64,000 nucleotides of DNA from a virus. Taxonomy: Duplodnaviria; Caudoviricetes. Below are positions 39,832 through 49,502 of this stretch, in pieces. Where the stretch lies: the IMG/VR virus record IMGVR_UViG_3300044991_001466; one strand, 5' to 3'. The notes under the pieces are model-generated. The model did no database searches, had not been told where the DNA came from, and worked only from the letters and a program-made list of their open reading frames with translations. How positions within the stretch are numbered: position 1 is the stretch's first letter; every line of letters starts with the position of its first letter. A program made the translations under genes and the position numbers.

Positions 39832-41478
39832 TTAATTTGCAACCCGACTTTTGTCAAAAAAATCTTTTTTATATATGAAATCGATAAATGTGAATCGTCT
39901 GAAATTATTTTTAACAGCCTCAACTGCATGTTCAGGATTGTTTTCAGTAAAGTCTAATATACAGAAATTATCGTTTATTGGTAAAACCGTTGTTTGTATT
40001 TTATTTTCCTCTATAATTAATTGACCACCACCATCATTATAATCTTTTTCGTAAGATAAGTAAATCAATATCACACTAATTCTACCTTCATTTTTTCCAT
40101 CTCTATGTTTTTCAATAAAATCACCATTCTCATATAAAGTAAAATTGGAAACATGGGACATATTACCAATATATTCTGGATATAATTTACCCATTAAATT
40201 CTCAGAAATCTTCTCAAAATATTCTTTTAATCTATCCAATGTGTAACTTGGTCCTTGACTTTCCCACCAACGTTGTCCAATCTTACGATTATTTTCAATA
40301 ATATATTGTTCTCTTAATGGTATTTCTTCTTCAGTAAGAAGTATTTTATAATTTTCCTGCGGGCTATAAATGTTATAATCTAAACGGTATTTGTAAATGT
40401 CCTTAGTTTCGGAAGACTTAAATAATAAATCAATCTTTTCAAAGAATTCATCTTTGTTTGTTGTTAATTCATTTGTGTTGCCAACATAATAACCAGATTT
40501 TAAAAAATCATTAATACTAACACTAATACCATCTACAGGTTCCAATTTACAATAATAAGAATAAACTTTATTTAGTCCATCTTTAAATGATGTTTTAGGA
40601 AATAATCCATATAGATTTTGTTTGGTGACATCCATTTGTCTTCTTAAATCACCGTTTGGTTTGCTTGGGTCCCAAATAATTTTAATTGTTTTATTACTAG
40701 AAAGAATTAAACTTTCCACCATAGATTTAATAGTAATTTCTTCACCCGAACCAAAATTTACAATATCATTTATTTGTTTATCGTACATTTGATAAATTGC
40801 ATCTGCAACATCTTCTCCATAAACAAAATCCCTAATCGGACTTCCATCACCCCAACATTCTATTGTATCGTCCGAGTGATAAACTTTTTTAACCGTACTA
40901 GATATTACGGTACCTCCGCCAGTAAAATCATCATATTCACCGTATATGTTTGCTGGTCTAATTATTGACCATTTTTTATATCCATATTGAACTTTATATG
41001 CTTCTAATAATAGTTCACCCATCCTTTTAGACCATGATGGAAACCAATCATGTTCAGATGGTAATGTTTTCCACACATCATCCTCAACAAATTTCTCAGA
41101 AGGAGCGTAGACACCAACAGAACTCATAAAAACTAACCAAATATCCATTTTTGAACATTGATTAATTAATTCAGTATTGATTTTAAATGAAGGATAAAGA
41201 AAATCTACCGGAGATTCTTTGGCCCTTATTGGTGACCCCTTAACACCAAACGCGTTTACAACAACATCTGGTTTATGTCTGTTTAATACATCTCTAATAT
41301 TATTATCTACAGTTAAATCTAAACATTCATATTTAAATTTATCTTCATGTTCGTAAAATATTTTAATTTGTATTGGTTTAATGTCAACGCCAACAACAAT
41401 AAAATCTTCTTTTAAAAATTTCTTTATTAAATAAGTTCCCACTAAACCAGAACATCCGGTTATTAATACTGTTTTCAT
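39832..41478 (-). CDS. GDP-fucose-synthase-like epimerase fused to a 2OG-Fe(II) oxygenase
   Basis: TGCSGLVG...RPANIYG...WGDGSPIRDFVY; C-terminal HRD...IYL...GGQL...HAV...R. Confidence 0.82.
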   Translation of the reverse strand: MKTVLITGCSGLVGTYLIKKFLKEDFIVVGVDIKPIQIKIFYEHEDKFKYECLDLTVDNNIRDVLNRHKPDVVVNAFGVKGSPIRAKESPVDFLYPSFKINTELINQCSKMDIWLVFMSSVGVYAPSEKFVEDDVWKTLPSEHDWFPSWSKRMGELLLEAYKVQYGYKKWSIIRPANIYGEYDDFTGGGTVISSTVKKVYHSDDTIECWGDGSPIRDFVYGEDVADAIYQMYDKQINDIVNFGSGEEITIKSMVESLILSSNKTIKIIWDPSKPNGDLRRQMDVTKQNLYGLFPKTSFKDGLNKVYSYYCKLEPVDGISVSINDFLKSGYYVGNTNELTTNKDEFFEKIDLLFKSSETKDIYKYRLDYNIYSPQENYKILLTEEEIPLREQYIIENNRKIGQRWWESQGPSYTLDRLKEYFEKISENLMGKLYPEYIGNMSHVSNFTLYENGDFIEKHRDGKNEGRISVILIYLSYEKDYNDGGGQLIIEENKIQTTVLPINDNFCILDFTENNPEHAVEAVKNNFRRFTFIDFIYKKDFFDKSRVAN

Positions 41479-42761
41479 TTTATTTCTTTATTTACTAGGT
41501 AGTCAAAAAAGTAATTAACATCTTTAGTTGATCTAAAAATGTTTAATACCGCCTGTTTATTTTTTTCAAATCGTTCAATGTTATTGTTATAAAATTCAAT
41601 AACTTTATCTTTATTATCGTTTAATCGTTTAATTTCATCTAAGACCATAAAAAATCTTTTTCTAATATCAGGCTCTCTATCGTAACTATGATCTATAAAA
41701 TCATCAAAAACATCAAACCCATGTAACTCTCTCAGATACCTTACGTGTCTTTGTGATGATAAAAAAATTGGTAATTGATAAAAATAAAATGGTTTTAATG
41801 ATTTTTCGGTAATGTGTACCGCATCATAATGATAATTAGATTCAGTTACTATATTAACATACGTATTTTCAAATGTTTTAGTTTCATAAATTTTTTCCCA
41901 ATTAAATGACCCTAAAACCTCCTCAGCTTCAAACCACCCCGACTCCTCTTCATATTTACTTCGTTTAATATCAATAGAATCAAAATAATCAATTTCGGGT
42001 TTTAATTCTATAATATCTTCATCATGTAAAATTCCGTTATAAAAATAGGTTAATGTTTTTTGTCTCTTAGCCCACCCCATAATAAGTGACCAATCCACAT
42101 TTTCTAATATCCCAAGTTTCATTAACATTACCAATAAAGTATATCTATGTGTTTTGGGTGACCTATTGTGACACATAAAAAACCCTTCCTTATCTTTTAC
42201 ATATTTTGAATTTTGAAATGACAAATGTCGAGCAATAAATTTTAATAAAAATCCTGATGAATAAACATTAAGTTTTGTTCCAGTTTTAAATTTTAATATT
42301 TCCATTTCGGCATTATTGTTAATAACAAATATCCGACTTAAATCAAAACCTTTTTTGGTAAAATAAGAATCAATATATAATAAATAATCTTCAGTTTCAT
42401 ATTCATGTTCGTTTAAAAATATGATATTGAAATTATTACATGATAAAAAACATTCCCCAACAATTTCAGGTAAAGGAATTGTTTTATATTCTTTAAATGT
42501 ATTATGGACATTACCAATCCCGTTTATAAAATAAAAATAATTCTCATCAGGGTTTTTGTAAACGTCTTCAATCTTACATTTATTCATTCGATGATATATT
42601 TTATGACTTGAATCGTCATAAAATCTAAAAAACCCATCTAAAATCCTAAACCTATTTGGTTGTGTTGTGTTAAGTAAATTAGGTTGTGTTTCACCATCCA
42701 CCCAATTATCGTAAACTACATTTAAAATATCACCCATTTTCCTGTTCCGTAGTGCGGCCAC
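41475..42761 (-). CDS. GT-B/GT10-like putative glycosyltransferase, paralog 2 of 4
   Basis: CHNRSPKTHR, NIVTES...HITEKSLKPF..QLPIFL...FDDFIDHSYD. Confidence 0.55.
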   Translation of the reverse strand: MAALRNRKMGDILNVVYDNWVDGETQPNLLNTTQPNRFRILDGFFRFYDDSSHKIYHRMNKCKIEDVYKNPDENYFYFINGIGNVHNTFKEYKTIPLPEIVGECFLSCNNFNIIFLNEHEYETEDYLLYIDSYFTKKGFDLSRIFVINNNAEMEILKFKTGTKLNVYSSGFLLKFIARHLSFQNSKYVKDKEGFFMCHNRSPKTHRYTLLVMLMKLGILENVDWSLIMGWAKRQKTLTYFYNGILHDEDIIELKPEIDYFDSIDIKRSKYEEESGWFEAEEVLGSFNWEKIYETKTFENTYVNIVTESNYHYDAVHITEKSLKPFYFYQLPIFLSSQRHVRYLRELHGFDVFDDFIDHSYDREPDIRKRFFMVLDEIKRLNDNKDKVIEFYNNNIERFEKNKQAVLNIFRSTKDVNYFFDYLVNKEIK

Positions 42762-43354
42762 TCTTTTTTATAATCGTACCAAATAACATCATTAGGTGCT
42801 TCAGTTTTTATTTTCCAAGTTTCTATTGTTGGAGTATTGGTTGAAACTCCATTATCCTCTACCACAAATTTTATTGGTAAATCAAAATTCTTGGCATATT
42901 TGTAATTTTCCATAAATCCACCAGTTTCGTATGCCATATCACCAATAAAACACCATACCATTTCATCATTACCTTCCATTTTATTTTTCATAGCAACACC
43001 AACTGCAATTGGTATGATGGCACCAACAATAGCGGACGCATAAAACTTCTCTTCTTTATTTACTAACGTAATAGACCTACCTTCTAATATTTCGTTTTCA
43101 ATCCATAGAGGGTCTATACCTTTTAGTAATGCGTGATAATGTGATCTCCAAGTAGAGAAAACCCAATCAGATTTTTTTATTCGTCTAAAGATTTCAATTA
43201 ATTCTTTTTCATTACCACCACTCAAATGAATCGGTCCTCTTACTCTACCCGATTCCCAATGGTCTGCCATCTTTCTTTCAAATTGAATTAATCCTGCACT
43301 ATCCCATAATGATTCTCTCACTATTGGTAAATGGTCATTTAAATTTTTTATCAT
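42722..43354 (-). CDS. ThDP-dependent E1-alpha/transketolase N-terminal subunit (short)
   Basis: HLSGG, STWRSHYHAL, GDMA..TG...EN...FVVEDN ThDP/Mg motif; 210 aa. Confidence 0.88.
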   Translation of the reverse strand: MIKNLNDHLPIVRESLWDSAGLIQFERKMADHWESGRVRGPIHLSGGNEKELIEIFRRIKKSDWVFSTWRSHYHALLKGIDPLWIENEILEGRSITLVNKEEKFYASAIVGAIIPIAVGVAMKNKMEGNDEMVWCFIGDMAYETGGFMENYKYAKNFDLPIKFVVEDNGVSTNTPTIETWKIKTEAPNDVIWYDYKKEWPHYGTGKWVIF

Positions 43355-43896
43355 CTATCTCTTTTTTGTAATATTGGATTATTTGTTGGCCATTCCATTT
43401 GATATTCGGGGTCATTCCATTTAACAACTCCTTGTTCGTCAGCATCGACATAACCATCTTTATAAAATAGGTTATAGTGAAACATACAATCGGTTAATGC
43501 GTAATGTCCATTTGCAAACCCTGGTGGAACCAACACTTGATTTCTTTCTTTTTCAGTTATCATGAAAGATTCCCAATCCCCAAATGTTGATGAATATTTC
43601 CTCATATCTAATACTATTAAATATATATCACCAACTGCGGCTTGTACTAACTTCCAAGTTTTAGTATCATAGTGTAAACCTCTTAATACCCCTTTATACG
43701 ATTTTGAAAATCTACCGTGAATACTAATTTCACTTTTTTCATAATGTATATGCCTCATTACAGGATGTTCTTCTGAATGAAAGGTTGTGAATATTTCACC
43801 TCTATATTCTCTATAAATTGAAGGTGTAAACGTTGGAACTTGATATCCAAATACTTTTGATGGAGTTTCTATAAACTCATCCCATTTATTGCTCAT
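43351..43896 (-). CDS. rmlC: dTDP-4-dehydrorhamnose 3,5-epimerase family
   Basis: YREYRGEIF, SYKGVLRGLHY, KLVQ..GDIY.IVLDMR..S.TFG.W, VPPGFANGH, WND. Confidence 0.9.
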   Translation of the reverse strand: MSNKWDEFIETPSKVFGYQVPTFTPSIYREYRGEIFTTFHSEEHPVMRHIHYEKSEISIHGRFSKSYKGVLRGLHYDTKTWKLVQAAVGDIYLIVLDMRKYSSTFGDWESFMITEKERNQVLVPPGFANGHYALTDCMFHYNLFYKDGYVDADEQGVVKWNDPEYQMEWPTNNPILQKRDR

Positions 43897-43897
43897 A

Positions 43898-44869
43898 TTA
43901 TGTGTTGTTTGCGTATCCTAAAGGAAAACCATTTCTAAATTCTGCACCCATTTTAGGTACAATCATTTGGTATGCCATTATTAATTCATTAATTCCCATA
44001 TCAATATCCCACTTAGGAGACCAACCAGTCAATTCAACTTTAGTGTTTGATACAATGTAATCTCTTTTATCGGGGTCTTCGTAATAGTCATTATATGACA
44101 CTGCAAAGTTTTTAACATGAGATTGAATTTTCTCAAGTAATTCCTGTTTTGATAAATTAGCGTTACTTAATCCAACATTGAAAACTTCACCCTTATATTT
44201 GTCATAATTTTCTAACATAAACAAAAACACATTTGCCACATCTTGAATATGTATGAAATTTCTTTTAAAACTCTTTTCAAAAACAACAATGTATTTGTCA
44301 GTGATTGCCTTATAAGTAAAATCATTAACTAATAAGTCGGTTCTCATTCTTGGAGACACACCAAAAACAGTTGCCAATCTAAAAACAATAGCGTCAGTTG
44401 AAGTCCTTAAAAAATTCTCAGCTTCACATTTTGTTTGACCATAAACTGAAATTGGTGTAAGTGGAGATTCCTCGGTACATTCTAATTGACCAGTACTTAA
44501 ACCATAACCACTATTTGTATTTGGATATAAAATCTTTTTACCCTTTCCATTTGTGAATTTAACAATATTAACTATTTGTTGTAAGTTAATTTCTTTTGCT
44601 AATTTAGGGTCTTGTGCACAAGCAGGAAACCCAACTATTGCGGCTAAAGGTATGATTACATCAACCTCATTACATAACCTTTCCAATTCCGTTTCATTAC
44701 GAACATCACCATAGATAAATTTAAAATTTGGATTTGATGTGTATTGTAATAGTGAGGTTTGATTAAATAATAATTTATCCAAGACTATTACGTTGTGACC
44801 GTAATCTAACATTTTACCAGTAATAACAGAACCGAGATAACCGGCACCACCTGTGATTAGTATTTTCAT
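43898..44869 (-). CDS. NAD-dependent epimerase/dehydratase
   Basis: TGGAGYLG, LAAIVGFPAC, YGQTK (YxxxK), FRLATVFG.SPRMR.DLLVNDF. Confidence 0.9.
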   Translation of the reverse strand: MKILITGGAGYLGSVITGKMLDYGHNVIVLDKLLFNQTSLLQYTSNPNFKFIYGDVRNETELERLCNEVDVIIPLAAIVGFPACAQDPKLAKEINLQQIVNIVKFTNGKGKKILYPNTNSGYGLSTGQLECTEESPLTPISVYGQTKCEAENFLRTSTDAIVFRLATVFGVSPRMRTDLLVNDFTYKAITDKYIVVFEKSFKRNFIHIQDVANVFLFMLENYDKYKGEVFNVGLSNANLSKQELLEKIQSHVKNFAVSYNDYYEDPDKRDYIVSNTKVELTGWSPKWDIDMGINELIMAYQMIVPKMGAEFRNGFPLGYANNT

Positions 44870-44875
44870 AATTAA

Positions 44876-44933
44876 AATATACGAAAAATATTATTAATTT
44901 CAAATTGTTATTTCAATTATTTTTAACTATATT
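44876..44933. promoter_or_regulatory. Back-to-back divergent promoters
   Basis: Plus strand TTGTTA(44905-44910)-N17-TATATT(44928-44933) before ATG 44945; minus strand TTGAAA(44903-44898)-N16-TATATT(44881-44876) 6 nt before ATG 44869. Confidence 0.65.
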
Positions 44934-44944
44934 ATCACATAGAT

Positions 44945-46189
44945 ATGGATAAAATTATATGCAGTTTAGAAGAGTGGGATAGTGTTATTGACTATCATAG
45001 ACCTAATGGTGCATCTAAATCTTGGTATTTAAAAGAATTAGGGGAATTAACAAGACCCCTAATGTGGGGTAATTGGGACTTATTTAATGAAAACGGTGAA
45101 TTTTTTACGCCAGATTTTTTTAAAGGTAAAATAGCACCGAACATATATAATAAAAAAATAGAATACCAAACAATAGATAACATAGAGAACGACAAACACA
45201 TATATGTTATTAATATTTATAATGTTTCATTTTTTTATGAAAATTTAGATATTGGATTTAGTTGCATATCTGAAAAATATCTTGATGATGTTAGAAATGG
45301 AAAATCCAAGATAGTTTTAATGTTGTTGTATGAAGGAACGTCAGGTTCTAAAGATAACTATGACTTGGAAATTATAAATAAGTGGAGAAAGGATTCTAAC
45401 TTACCAACAAATTCAATTTATTTTTGTTGTGGTAATTTATTGTGTAATCAAATCACTATAGAGAAAGGATTAGGGATTACGTCGATACCAATGTTGGATT
45501 TTGAAACATGGAACACATATCAAGGTGATATTGTTGACTATACACCTGTAAATCAAAAAAACTTATTTTTAAATTATAATAGAAACCCTAGACCTCATAG
45601 GGTTGAATTTTTAAGTAATCTTTTAAATGTAGATATTTTTAATAGGGGTTTAATTAGTATAGGAAAGGTTATTGATGGTAACAATGAATTTTTAATCAAC
45701 AACACCCCTATTACTATTGATGATACCTATGATTTAAAATTCAATATGGCATGTAGTATAACTAAAAGTGATTATGAAAAAACATTCATATCGGTCGTAT
45801 CTGAAACATTAGTTGATGAAGGTACTTTGTTTATAACTGAGAAAACTTGGAAGCCGATAATGGTTGGTCATCCATTTATGATTTTGGGTAATCAAGGTAC
45901 ATTAAAGTATTTAAAATCAATAGGTTATAAAACTTTTAGTCCTTGGATTAATGAAGAATATGATGATATTTCAGATTCTGCAACAAGGTTAATTAAAATT
46001 GTTGAGGAATTGGAAAAATTAAGTAAAAAGAGTGTTGAGGAATTATTAGAAATTAGGAAAGAAATGGGAGATATATGTAAACATAATCAGGAAAATTTTA
46101 ATAACCGATTTAAAATGAAGTATGGTGAGAATAATATAAACGGAGATATATCAAACATGTTTGATATTATATGGAATGAAATTAGTTAA
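44945..46189 (+). CDS. GT-B/GT10-like putative glycosyltransferase, paralog 3 of 4
   Basis: NYNRNPRPHR, SVVSET...FITEKTWKPI..HPFMILGN...YKTFSPWINEEYD. Confidence 0.55.
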   Translation: MDKIICSLEEWDSVIDYHRPNGASKSWYLKELGELTRPLMWGNWDLFNENGEFFTPDFFKGKIAPNIYNKKIEYQTIDNIENDKHIYVINIYNVSFFYENLDIGFSCISEKYLDDVRNGKSKIVLMLLYEGTSGSKDNYDLEIINKWRKDSNLPTNSIYFCCGNLLCNQITIEKGLGITSIPMLDFETWNTYQGDIVDYTPVNQKNLFLNYNRNPRPHRVEFLSNLLNVDIFNRGLISIGKVIDGNNEFLINNTPITIDDTYDLKFNMACSITKSDYEKTFISVVSETLVDEGTLFITEKTWKPIMVGHPFMILGNQGTLKYLKSIGYKTFSPWINEEYDDISDSATRLIKIVEELEKLSKKSVEELLEIRKEMGDICKHNQENFNNRFKMKYGENNINGDISNMFDIIWNEIS

Positions 46190-46191
46190 CT

Positions 46192-47448
46192 ATGGAAAAT
46201 AACACAAAAAAACTAAATTTAGTTTACGATAAGTGGGATGACAACACAAAAAAACCAACACCAAACGGTAGTTGGGATGCCTCTAACTTAATAAACCATT
46301 TCATAAATGATTCATTTAAATACAATAAATTTGAGTTGAAAAATTGTAAATTAGAAGATGTTTATGAAAATAAAAATGAAAAATACTATTATTTTTTTAC
46401 ACACGGTAGAGAGGAACTATCAAAAATTTTTGACAGAGAATTACCATTTGAAATTGATATATTAAACTGTTTAAAAGACTGCCCAAATTTTTATTTTGTT
46501 TACATTACAGAACATGAACCAGATAATGAAAGTGGGTTCAGAATGTTACGAGAATTTATATCTTATCAAAAATTAAACGAAACACAATTTTACGTCATAA
46601 ATAATAATGATAAACTTAATGAATATAAAATAAAATATAATAGTAATATAAATGTGCATTCATTGCAATTCATAGCTCACTCCTCAACAAAAGTTTTAGA
46701 TTATGTTGGCGGGTGTAGTTTTATTCCTAACAAAACAGGTAAATTTGCTATGTTATTTAATAAATCCCCGAGATCTCAAAGGGCGTGTTTGTTATGTCTA
46801 TTAATGAAAAATGGATTACTTAACCAAATGAATTGGTCTTTTGTACCAACATATAATGTTAACATAGATGAAAGGTATTTTAAGGATTTATTAAGTGAAA
46901 ATGATATAAATGACATTAAATCTGAGATTGATGATTTTTCTAAATTAGAAATTAAAATCAGTGATTTTGAGGAAGAAAAAAATTGGTTTAACAAACACGA
47001 ACAACCAAATATGGCTGGGTTACCAAAAATAATGACAATACCAGAGTACCCAAAAAATTATGAAAATTCATATGTTAACATTGTTACCGAATCAATGTAT
47101 TTTAAAAAGTATAATGTAATCCACATAACTGAAAAATCATTTAGACCATTTTATTATTATCAAATCCCATTAATATTGGCGTCCGAAGGACATGTTAAAA
47201 AAATAAAAGAGAGATATGGGTTAGATTTTTTTGACGACATCATTGACCACAGTTATGATGGTATTAAAAATGATAGAGATAGATTATATGCTTTTGTAAA
47301 AGAAATTGAAAGAATACATCAAAATAAAGACCAAATCATTGAATTTTATAAAAAAAATCAAGAAAGATTTGAAGATAATAAAAGAAAAATCATTAAAAAT
47401 TTAGATTTAGTTAATGATGAATATGAATTTTTTAAAAACTTAATTTAA
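46192..47448 (+). CDS. GT-B/GT10-like putative glycosyltransferase, paralog 4 of 4
   Basis: FNKSPRSQR, NIVTES...HITEKSFRPF..QIPLIL...FDDIIDHSYD; ends KNLI. Confidence 0.55.
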   Translation: MENNTKKLNLVYDKWDDNTKKPTPNGSWDASNLINHFINDSFKYNKFELKNCKLEDVYENKNEKYYYFFTHGREELSKIFDRELPFEIDILNCLKDCPNFYFVYITEHEPDNESGFRMLREFISYQKLNETQFYVINNNDKLNEYKIKYNSNINVHSLQFIAHSSTKVLDYVGGCSFIPNKTGKFAMLFNKSPRSQRACLLCLLMKNGLLNQMNWSFVPTYNVNIDERYFKDLLSENDINDIKSEIDDFSKLEIKISDFEEEKNWFNKHEQPNMAGLPKIMTIPEYPKNYENSYVNIVTESMYFKKYNVIHITEKSFRPFYYYQIPLILASEGHVKKIKERYGLDFFDDIIDHSYDGIKNDRDRLYAFVKEIERIHQNKDQIIEFYKKNQERFEDNKRKIIKNLDLVNDEYEFFKNLI

Positions 47449-48158
47449 TGGGAACATTATGGACTTTTGGTTGCAGTTTTACTGCGGAGTGGTATCCAGT
47501 GGGATATGAAAACCCATCGACATACGATGAATATAAAAAATTTAAAGGAGGTACGTTACCTGATGTGTGGCCAATTATTTTAGGTAAAAAATTAAATTAT
47601 GACCTTAGAAACTGTGCCTTTGGTGGGTCATCAAATTATAATATATTAAAACAGTTTATTAATGCAATTGATAACATAAATGAGGGGGACATATTAATAT
47701 TTGGATGGACAAGTTTACTTAGATTTTGTGCTGTTAGTGAATCGGAACATAAAATTATTGAAATGTTACCAAGATATTCATATGATGTAAATGTTGGTTA
47801 TTCAAAAACAACTGTTGATGAAATATTGGTTAATAGGTCACATCCATTATGGGCGGAAGAGGTTAATAATTGGATTAAGTTTATTAATGATTATTGTTGT
47901 TTAAAAAATGTTGAGATATTTCATTGGAATAGTGATATTTTGTTGTTTGACGAGAACTCCAAATTTATTGATGATAAAAAATACATATTACCACCAAAAG
48001 GAAATCAGAATGAAACAATGATTAATTATTTTACCAATAATATAGGAACAATACAAGATGAAACTGATGGTAAAATTAATGATTTACATTTAGGTGAGTT
48101 TGGTCACATTAAACAAGCTGAATATTTTTATAATCACATAAAAAAACACATAAAATGA
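47448..48158 (+). CDS. SGNH/GDSL-like protein
   Basis: FGCSFT, NCAFGGSSN, DLHLGEFGH. Confidence 0.7.
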   Translation: MGTLWTFGCSFTAEWYPVGYENPSTYDEYKKFKGGTLPDVWPIILGKKLNYDLRNCAFGGSSNYNILKQFINAIDNINEGDILIFGWTSLLRFCAVSESEHKIIEMLPRYSYDVNVGYSKTTVDEILVNRSHPLWAEEVNNWIKFINDYCCLKNVEIFHWNSDILLFDENSKFIDDKKYILPPKGNQNETMINYFTNNIGTIQDETDGKINDLHLGEFGHIKQAEYFYNHIKKHIK

Positions 48159-48778
48159 GGTTAATAACATTTGGAGATAGTTGGACTGCGGGTCATGGTA
48201 TTGAAACTGATATAAAATATAAAGAGGAACCATTTCCAGATGCATTCACACAAAAATTAAGGGATATGAATTCGTGGCCAAGATGGGTTGCACAAAAACT
48301 TGATTGTCCATATGTTAATCTTGGTGTTTGTGGTTATGGAAACGAATACATTTTAAATGAGATTGATGGAATTAAAAATTTTGGATTATTATCTAAAGAC
48401 GACATCATCATTGTTATGTTCTCATATCCATATAGATATAAATCTAAAGATAGTCACAATGTTGTTGAGATATTCTTACTAATGGAAGAAATTTTAAAAG
48501 ATTATAAACATTTTTATTTTAATTCATTTTACCCATCGTTTAGGGAGGAGGATGTCGACACCAAAAAACTACCATCATATTTCATTAATCCCGATGGGTG
48601 TGTTTCAGATATTTTAAGGGAATATGAAATTAAAAATGATGAATCAGTTTGGGAGTATGGTAATAGAAGTGTATGGAATGACGAGGAAAATTTTTACGAG
48701 GGAGATTATCACCCAAATTTAAATGGTTATAAAATAATTGGAGATTACATATATGAACAAATTAATAAAATTATATAA
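48155..48778 (+). CDS. SGNH/GDSL-like protein
   Basis: FGDSWTAGHG, NLGVCGYGN, DYHPNLNGY; ends NKII. Confidence 0.75.
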   Translation: MRLITFGDSWTAGHGIETDIKYKEEPFPDAFTQKLRDMNSWPRWVAQKLDCPYVNLGVCGYGNEYILNEIDGIKNFGLLSKDDIIIVMFSYPYRYKSKDSHNVVEIFLLMEEILKDYKHFYFNSFYPSFREEDVDTKKLPSYFINPDGCVSDILREYEIKNDESVWEYGNRSVWNDEENFYEGDYHPNLNGYKIIGDYIYEQINKII

Positions 48779-49499
48779 CGAAGATAATATTAAAATATGG
48801 GTGGATTATTTAACTCATGTTGATATTAAATTTAATGGGTATAAACCAAAAATTCAAAACAACTCAAAACACTATGCTGTTATAATTGAACCTAGACAAC
48901 ATCTTAATTTAGCGTTGGTGATGAAATCAACAATGTTTCATTTAAATGAGAATGAATCACCAATTAAGTGGGGATTACAAATTTTTCATGGTACGAATAA
49001 CGAAGACTATATAAAAAACATAACTAAAGATTGGGGTGGAGTTGAATATTTTAATATGGGGGTTAGAAACTTATCAAATATTGAACATAGTGAGTATATG
49101 GAAACATCGGATTTTTGGAAAAATGTAAAAGGGGATAAGGCTTTAATTTTTCAAACAGATTCTTTACTATTAAGAAGCGGTATTGATGAATTCTTATCTT
49201 ATGATTACATAGGAGCTCCGTGGAGAAAACCAAAAGAAAATCAGTGGGTTGGTAATGGAGGATTATCATTAAGAACCGTTAGTAAAATGATTGAAATTTG
49301 TGAAAATAACCCAGTTACCGAACAAATTTGGGAAGATATTTATTTTATGAAACATATGAAAGGAATGGGTGTTGCTGATGTTGAAACCGCGTCAAAATTT
49401 AGTATGGAAGACGTATTTTCAAAAAACCCCTTAGGTGTTCATAACCCAATAAGACACATTGAACCAAAACAATTAAAAAAGGTTCTTTTTAAAAAATAG
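48753..49499 (+). CDS. DUF5672-like GT-A fold protein
   Basis: AVIIEPR, LIFQTDS, YDYIGAPW, VGNGGLSLR, EDIYF; probable ATG 48753 (ORF track starts at TTG 48738). Confidence 0.75.
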   Translation: MNKLIKLYNEDNIKIWVDYLTHVDIKFNGYKPKIQNNSKHYAVIIEPRQHLNLALVMKSTMFHLNENESPIKWGLQIFHGTNNEDYIKNITKDWGGVEYFNMGVRNLSNIEHSEYMETSDFWKNVKGDKALIFQTDSLLLRSGIDEFLSYDYIGAPWRKPKENQWVGNGGLSLRTVSKMIEICENNPVTEQIWEDIYFMKHMKGMGVADVETASKFSMEDVFSKNPLGVHNPIRHIEPKQLKKVLFKK

Positions 49500-49502
49500 A
49501 CA

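Noticed and set aside
37455-43354. E1 alpha/beta as a pyruvate dehydrogenase auxiliary metabolic gene
   Set aside because: Both are truncated relative to PDH subunits, no E2/E3 is present, and the context is nucleotide-sugar enzymes
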